Made by a program: the position numbers and the translations under genes. A DNA stretch of 64,000 nucleotides, taken from NCBI GenBank assembly GCA_963977015.1, contig CAXBMO010000029.1, positions 17,423 to 81,422 of the forward strand, written 5' to 3'. The notes beneath the pieces are model-generated. The model saw only the letters and a program-made list of their open reading frames with translations, had not been told where the DNA came from and searched no databases. This document shows positions 58,694 through 64,000 of this stretch, piece by piece. This DNA is from an uncultured bacterium (lineage in GTDB: Bacteria > Verrucomicrobiota > Verrucomicrobiia > Verrucomicrobiales > DEV007). Each line of letters begins with the position of its first letter. Positions within the stretch are counted from its first letter, which is position 1.

Positions 58694-61600
58694 ATGTGGC
58701 TGGACGCAGTTGCTCAGAACCTCGGGTGGCCAACACCCGACCAGATCACCTCGCCGAAAGGCGGTGGCCCGAGCCACTATGCTCAACTCGTTTGCCAGAA
58801 AATTGGAGGCGCCCTTGGCCGATGGGCTAATATCGAGGTTCACACCGGAGTTCTCTCCGCCAATCCTTCTGGAGATTCAGCTGAAGCGCCTCTCGCGGTC
58901 GTTTGCGAATTCCCTCGTCCCGTCAGTGATGACGTTCTGAAGGAAGCCCAACGACTTTGCTGGAACTTTTCGCGATCCTCACTTCTCATCACGCTCGAAC
59001 CCCATAGAATTCAGGCGTGGTCGTGCTCGTTGGCCCCGAAAAAAGGCGTAAAACTTAATACACTGCGAGTCGGACCAGAAGTCACTTTTCCGGACGATCC
59101 GGATTCAGCAGCAGCTGGCCTTCAGTCCGAAGCGGCGCAGATGTTGCACTGGGTCAATCTGATCAGCGGCGAAATCCTTCGCAACAACCCGCGAAAATTC
59201 CGCAAAGAGCAACGGGCGGATGCGCTGCTGGTCAATAACCTCCGTGTGGTTCGAACTCGTCTCATTACTCAACCTGACGACACAAACCGAAGAGCGCTGA
59301 CAAAGGAGAACTGCCATAGCCTTCTGGCTCGTTTGATCTTCACGCAGTTTCTTTTTCAACGGACTGACAGCGACGGCCGGCAGACGATCACTCCGGGAAT
59401 GTTGGAGGGCCGATTTGATGGCGCTCTCAGTAAAGAATATGAATTCGAATCCGCGTTGGAAGAGATCCTCCGGAACAAGGAAGATGCCTATGCGCTGTTT
59501 CGTTGGTTAAATGACAAGTTCAACGGAGATCTCTTCCCGGGAAAAACCGGAACGCCCGAAGAACGGGAAGCGGAATGGAAGAAGGAAAAGGATGCGGTTG
59601 AAGATTGGCATCTTGATTTACTGGCGGATTTCGTTGGCGGAAAGAACGATTTCGGCTTCGGCCAACTTTGTCTCTGGCCGCAATACTCATTCGACACACT
59701 TCCTCTCGAATTCATCTCCAGTGTTTATGAAGAGTTCCTGAATGAGGATCAGGAAAAAGACAGCGCCTACTACACGCCGCCGCATCTCGTGGATTTTATT
59801 CTTGATGGAGTGCTTCCGTGGAGCGGAACGAAATGGGATCTCAAAATTCTGGATCCCTGCTGTGGGTCCGGAATCTTTCTTGTAAAGGCTTTCCAACGGC
59901 TGGTGCAACGGTGGCGCAATGCCAATCCAGATTCTGAGCCGAAAATCGATGATCTTCGCGGGCTGCTGGAAAACAATCTATTCGGTGTGGATCGAAACCG
60001 CGAAGCCCTGCGCGTGGCGTCCTTCAGCCTTTGCCTCGCCCTGTGCGACATGATTGATCCCCGGCAATATTGGAAGCGGACGCTGTTTCCTCCGTTGCGG
60101 GACAAGAGATTAATTGAGTCTGATTTCTTTTCTGATGATCCGGAAGGCATTCGAACGGAAGCTGATGCTGGGAAATGGGATCTTGTGATTGGAAATGCAC
60201 CATGGTCTGACGGAGAACTCACTGAGGAGAGCGAAGGTATGCGGTGGGCCAAAATCAATGGCTGGCCAGTGATGGACTACAACCCGGGGCCATTGTTCCT
60301 TGCGAAAGCAATCCAGCTCACTTCGAAGGTCGGGCAAACCTCCATGATTCTTCCGGCCTCAAGCATGCTTTATCAGAAGAGTTCGGAAAAAACTTTGAGC
60401 TATCGGAAAAAGCTCTTCGAGTCATACCGGATCGATGAAGTTGTCAGTCTTGCCGCGCTGCGATGGATTCTGTTTAAGGGTGTCAAATCTCCTGCCTGTG
60501 TGTTTACGGTGTCCCCAATCCAACCTGCAGATGAAGAAACAATAGTTCACATGGTTCCTCGTCCTGCGGGCAGACTGGATGACAAGACGGCGATTCAGAT
60601 CGATACTAAGGATATTCATTATCTGAGTCATCGGGAAGCGGCCGAAGATGATTTGATTTGGACCGTGTTCTTGCTTGGCGGACGTCGGGATCGAAATCTC
60701 ATTCAAAGGTTAAGCAAAGCAAAGACGCTTCGGAAACTCAAGGCCCGGCAAAAGGAATCAGCGAACGATGGGAAAGTGTTGCTTGTCAGGGGTGGAATAA
60801 AGCGAGGCACTGAAGGGTTCACCCCAAGTGGGAAGAATAAGCAACGGGATGATCCACGAATTGTGGGACGCCGGATTCTTGAGGCTCCAGAATTTCCGGG
60901 CTCCGGTTCGACAACTATCAATGCAGAAGACCTTCCAATAAATCAGAATCCAAAACTCGATCACTTACATGGTCTCGGAAGTTTGGACGCTTTTAATACT
61001 CCGCAACTATTGATCAAGCGTTCTCTATCCCAAGAAAAAGGGGGATTCCAAGCCCGGTTGATTATTTCGAATTCCACTGAAGGCGTTTTGTGCAGCCAGA
61101 GCTATCTTTCCGTTCATCAATTTAATGGTTCTGATGATTGGATTAAGTCCGCATGTCTGATGTTTTGCACCTCCTTGTCATCTTATTGTCTCACGCTTAC
61201 TAGCAGACTTGGCTCGGACCGAGGAGAGGCGCATTCGGGCGATATTTTAGATTTGCCGATTCCATCACCTGACTCGCTGCTTAGCGGATCCGCCAATACA
61301 CTCAATCTAGACGCACTTGTAGAAAAAGCTTTTGGATTAGCTGAAGCTGATCACGCCCTCGTTTCAGATCTTCTTGCATTCGGATACCGAGAAGGCGGAA
61401 AGTCTCGCGGCGAAAAGCCTGCCAGAGAAAGAACTTTCAGAATATGGGACGAAGAGGACGAAATAGACCTCGATCTCTACGCCGAATTCTTCATCAAGGC
61501 GCTTCGCGCGACTTTCGGCAAAAACAAAGCGATTCGCGCAACGATCTTCGAAGAGTCCCAACCTAACGATCTTCTGCCAATGCGCATGATCGCGATCCAT

Positions 61601-61921
61601 CTGGATTGGAGATCGCGCAGGCAGTTGGTGAAATATGAAAAGCTCAAGTCAGCGGATCTTCGCACGAAGATGGGCGATTTCTATCGCGATCAACTCGGAA
61701 TGCGCTCGCGCGATGGACACGAAGCTTCCGGCATCGGTTTCCAGCGGGATGCTCGAATCTTCTTCACCCATGAAACGGACAAGGGTGAGCGAATTCCCTC
61801 CGTCCTCTACATCAAGCCGGATCAGCGCAGGTGCTGGACCCGTTCTTCCGCGTTGCGCGACGCCGATGACCTTGCGGCGTCGATTTTGGAATACGGTCAG
61901 CAAAACGCTAACAATTCATGA
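58694..61921 (+). CDS. Large N6-adenine DNA methyltransferase (Eco57I/type IIG-like architecture)
   Basis: KFNGDLF, LEFISSVYEEF, YYTP, ILDPCCGSGIFL (motif I), LFGVD, VIGNAPW (motif IV variant); long C-terminal TRD-like region. Confidence 0.88.
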   Translation: MWLDAVAQNLGWPTPDQITSPKGGGPSHYAQLVCQKIGGALGRWANIEVHTGVLSANPSGDSAEAPLAVVCEFPRPVSDDVLKEAQRLCWNFSRSSLLITLEPHRIQAWSCSLAPKKGVKLNTLRVGPEVTFPDDPDSAAAGLQSEAAQMLHWVNLISGEILRNNPRKFRKEQRADALLVNNLRVVRTRLITQPDDTNRRALTKENCHSLLARLIFTQFLFQRTDSDGRQTITPGMLEGRFDGALSKEYEFESALEEILRNKEDAYALFRWLNDKFNGDLFPGKTGTPEEREAEWKKEKDAVEDWHLDLLADFVGGKNDFGFGQLCLWPQYSFDTLPLEFISSVYEEFLNEDQEKDSAYYTPPHLVDFILDGVLPWSGTKWDLKILDPCCGSGIFLVKAFQRLVQRWRNANPDSEPKIDDLRGLLENNLFGVDRNREALRVASFSLCLALCDMIDPRQYWKRTLFPPLRDKRLIESDFFSDDPEGIRTEADAGKWDLVIGNAPWSDGELTEESEGMRWAKINGWPVMDYNPGPLFLAKAIQLTSKVGQTSMILPASSMLYQKSSEKTLSYRKKLFESYRIDEVVSLAALRWILFKGVKSPACVFTVSPIQPADEETIVHMVPRPAGRLDDKTAIQIDTKDIHYLSHREAAEDDLIWTVFLLGGRRDRNLIQRLSKAKTLRKLKARQKESANDGKVLLVRGGIKRGTEGFTPSGKNKQRDDPRIVGRRILEAPEFPGSGSTTINAEDLPINQNPKLDHLHGLGSLDAFNTPQLLIKRSLSQEKGGFQARLIISNSTEGVLCSQSYLSVHQFNGSDDWIKSACLMFCTSLSSYCLTLTSRLGSDRGEAHSGDILDLPIPSPDSLLSGSANTLNLDALVEKAFGLAEADHALVSDLLAFGYREGGKSRGEKPARERTFRIWDEEDEIDLDLYAEFFIKALRATFGKNKAIRATIFEESQPNDLLPMRMIAIHLDWRSRRQLVKYEKLKSADLRTKMGDFYRDQLGMRSRDGHEASGIGFQRDARIFFTHETDKGERIPSVLYIKPDQRRCWTRSSALRDADDLAASILEYGQQNANNS

Positions 61922-62604
61922 GTCGAGGACGCACCATTCATCAGACTCTCTGGCCTGATTCCGCGCCAGAATTTTCGAACATCGCCAACTTGTGGCCGGA
62001 AGATATGGTGAACGAGATGCTGGATCTGGTCTGGGATGGATTTGACCGCCTCCATCAGGAAAAGCTTTGCCGCATCGACTTCACGGAAGATTATGAGCAG
62101 GTTGAGAGAAGTTTGACTGAATTACATTCGATTGAAATTCAAACACTCTGGGCACAACGGACAGGCGGATTTGCTGCCTACATTCAAGTACATGAATCGT
62201 GGGATTGGGAATCAAGGTCTTCTGCGGGAGCCATCCCTCCCTCGGTCGATATTGGCTTCGTTCTTCGTGAGCCCAATAATCGAATTCGTTTTCCAGTCGA
62301 AGCGAAATTGTTGGAGACGCCCGCAAGAACGGCGCCATACACCAAGGATCTCACTGACAAGTACCTTGCCGGAAAAGGCGCAGTCTTCACAACCAAAGGC
62401 GCCTTGGTTGGCTATCTGCGATCGGGAAAGCCGAGTGAGGTATTTCCCGAGATCGAGCAAGCCTTGGAGATCACGCTGTCGATCTCAGGTCACTTTGATC
62501 CGCGTCCACATAGGCTGAGTTTTCACGAGCGATCGAAAGAAGTCTTGAAACCTGGTGTGCCGACCAACTTTGAGTGCCATTGGATGATTATGGGGTTGAG
62601 CTGA
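61918..62604 (+). CDS. Putative PD-(D/E)xK nuclease-fold protein coupled to the methyltransferase
   Basis: ATGA overlap with the MTase; ERSLTE helix, PPSVDIGF...FPVEAKLL (D...ExK), GALVGY. Confidence 0.65.
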   Translation: MSRGRTIHQTLWPDSAPEFSNIANLWPEDMVNEMLDLVWDGFDRLHQEKLCRIDFTEDYEQVERSLTELHSIEIQTLWAQRTGGFAAYIQVHESWDWESRSSAGAIPPSVDIGFVLREPNNRIRFPVEAKLLETPARTAPYTKDLTDKYLAGKGAVFTTKGALVGYLRSGKPSEVFPEIEQALEITLSISGHFDPRPHRLSFHERSKEVLKPGVPTNFECHWMIMGLS

Positions 62605-62640
62605 CTTGCCAACTCAATCGCTTCCCGACCCAGCCAAGCC

Positions 62641-62784
62641 ATGGAAGAGCAGTTCATCATATTCCTTGGCCTTCAAGAAAATGACGTGCCAAACTCACTC
62701 TCCCCGCCTCAATTTGAAGAGCTTGTTACGGTTCTCCTGAGTGACATGGGGTGGATATGTTACGCCCTTCCTGGTCAAGAGTGA
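62641..62784 (+). pseudogene. Mrr-family restriction endonuclease relic
   Basis: Below the ORF-track cutoff; hand translation MEEQFIIFLGLQENDVPNSLSPPQFEELVTVLLSDMGWICYALPGQE* matches the LSPxxFEELVxxLLxxMG start of Mrr catalytic domains and stops before the catalytic residues. Confidence 0.55.
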
Positions 62785-63031
62785 GTTTCTGAAATGGGCT
62801 CGGAGCGCCCGCCCACTCCTTGCTCGAATCCCAGCGTTCTGTTAATGGATAATAAAAGTGATTGATGTGATTTTTCGGCAGGGGTGCCTTCAATCTCCTC
62901 CCCATATTCCATTAAAGCAGAATTTTGGTGTAAGTAATCGTCAGAGAAACGCAGAATCTCTGTCAATTGGCTGGGGCGGTAAGTTAGCTCCAAATGAGAA
63001 AACTGGTCAGCAACAAACTTAGTCCATTTAA

Positions 63032-63478
63032 TCACAGCCTCAGATCGACAACAGCGATGGCACAGGTGCTTGGCGAGAATCGGAGGGCAACCCCTACGGT
63101 TATCATACCATGACCCACCACGGCGAGGATCCCGACAAATTGAAATGGTTAACCAAAGCCGATACTCTCTACATGGGCGAGTGGGCTTACTTCCTCGATA
63201 AACTACGCAACGTGAAAGAAGGCGAGAAAACTCTGCTCGACAACACCATGGCAGTTTACAGCTCAACCGGCGGGACGATCAACGCACACAACAATCATCA
63301 CCTGCCCGCCATCCTGTGCGGTGGGTCGAACCTTGGCGTTCAACATCGTGGTCACATCATTAAGGAAGACGACTATCTGGGAAATCTCTGGCAAACTATG
63401 TTTGAGGTCATGGGCGCGCCAATTCCGGAGAACTTTCAAGGTGGCGAAGCTGACGGCGTGATTCCGGAGTTGATCTGA
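63032..63478 (+). pseudogene. DUF1552-family protein, C-terminal fragment (5'-truncated)
   Basis: YHTMTHHGEDP...FLDKL...EGEKTLLDNT...NAHNNHHLP..GG...NLWQTM; the frame is closed upstream by TAA at 63029-63031 and the N-terminal part with its Tat signal is missing. Confidence 0.7.
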
Positions 63479-63560
63479 ACTCAATCGTTGGGCCGCCGTC
63501 CTCCCAGTTTTCCATTGTGGTGGACTCGGCGGCCCGTGACTTGATTGACCTGAGGTTCGA

Positions 63561-64000
63561 TCATCCGATCGCATCCAACTCCGCACCATACAGTTCACCA
63601 ATCTTCGAGCGGAGATCCTCCGCATCGATCTTTCCGGCATCCACTTTCGCGAGGAGAGCCTTTTGGGCTTCGTAGTCTTTGTTCCGCTGGCCGGCTTTTG
63701 ACTGCAACATGCGCCAGGCTTTGCGTCGCTCGATGCAGAAGAGAACGGTTTGGCGGGAGATGAGGAGACACTTTGTCGTTCCGTCCATTTCCGCTTCGAT
63801 GTAGACGCCGAAGTCCGGGATGTAGCTGCGATGACTTTCGTCGAAGACGCGGCGGTTGACGACGTCGTCCTGGGTAATCAGGGGCAGGATGTCGTCGAGG
63901 TGGATGAATTCGGCAGCCTGTTCTTCGGAGATTGGCTTGAGGTGCTTTCGGAAGCGGGCCTCGGTGGTCGCCCAATGGGCCACGGTGTAGCTGTATTTCG
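63561..64000 (-). CDS. C-terminus of a large 2-oxoacid:ferredoxin (pyruvate) oxidoreductase-like protein (partial)
   Basis: Frame open to the right edge; YTVAHWATTEARFRKH...ERRKAWRMLQSKAG resembles the PFOR C-terminal region. Confidence 0.65.
   Translation of the reverse strand, partial: KYSYTVAHWATTEARFRKHLKPISEEQAAEFIHLDDILPLITQDDVVNRRVFDESHRSYIPDFGVYIEAEMDGTTKCLLISRQTVLFCIERRKAWRMLQSKAGQRNKDYEAQKALLAKVDAGKIDAEDLRSKIGELYGAELDAIG

Noticed and set aside
62775-63266. 163-aa minus-strand ORF
   Set aside because: Its first half is antisense to the DUF1552 fragment; the rest could be a gene remnant but has no recognisable motif.

Overview
A GC-rich bacterial chromosomal segment, most likely Verrucomicrobiota/PVC. 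This is inferred from two PSD1-cytochrome/DUF1501 pairs, a DUF1552 remnant, sulfatases, Tat-exported Gfo/Idh/MocA oxidoreductases and a PQQ-propeller protein. The core carries hisS, lysS, ribH-nusB-ftsY, hsp20-lon, metY, thpR, a hybrid kinase with a REC-PP2C partner, and carbohydrate/sulfur catabolic genes. Two accessory defence-like blocks lie downstream of tRNA 3' ends. On the left, downstream of tRNA-Tyr, is a coupled minus-strand operon: SNF2 helicase, a 61-aa protein, a Rad50/SMC-like ABC ATPase with a zinc hook and C-terminal HEPN-like RxxxxxH motif, and a truncated AIPR gene. On the right, downstream of tRNA-Ile2(CAT), is a 1075-aa N6-adenine methyltransferase-like gene coupled to a small PD-(D/E)xK nuclease-like gene, followed by an Mrr-like relic and a 5'-truncated DUF1552 gene. 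Other notable items are a TIR-YbjN-GYF/bPH_2 operon, a vapBC-type TA locus beside a palindromic repeat element, apparently leaderless promoters, and local C-to-G skew flips centred on the variable sites. No CRISPR array, rRNA, integrase or transposase was seen. All calls come from motif reading only; no database searches were run.
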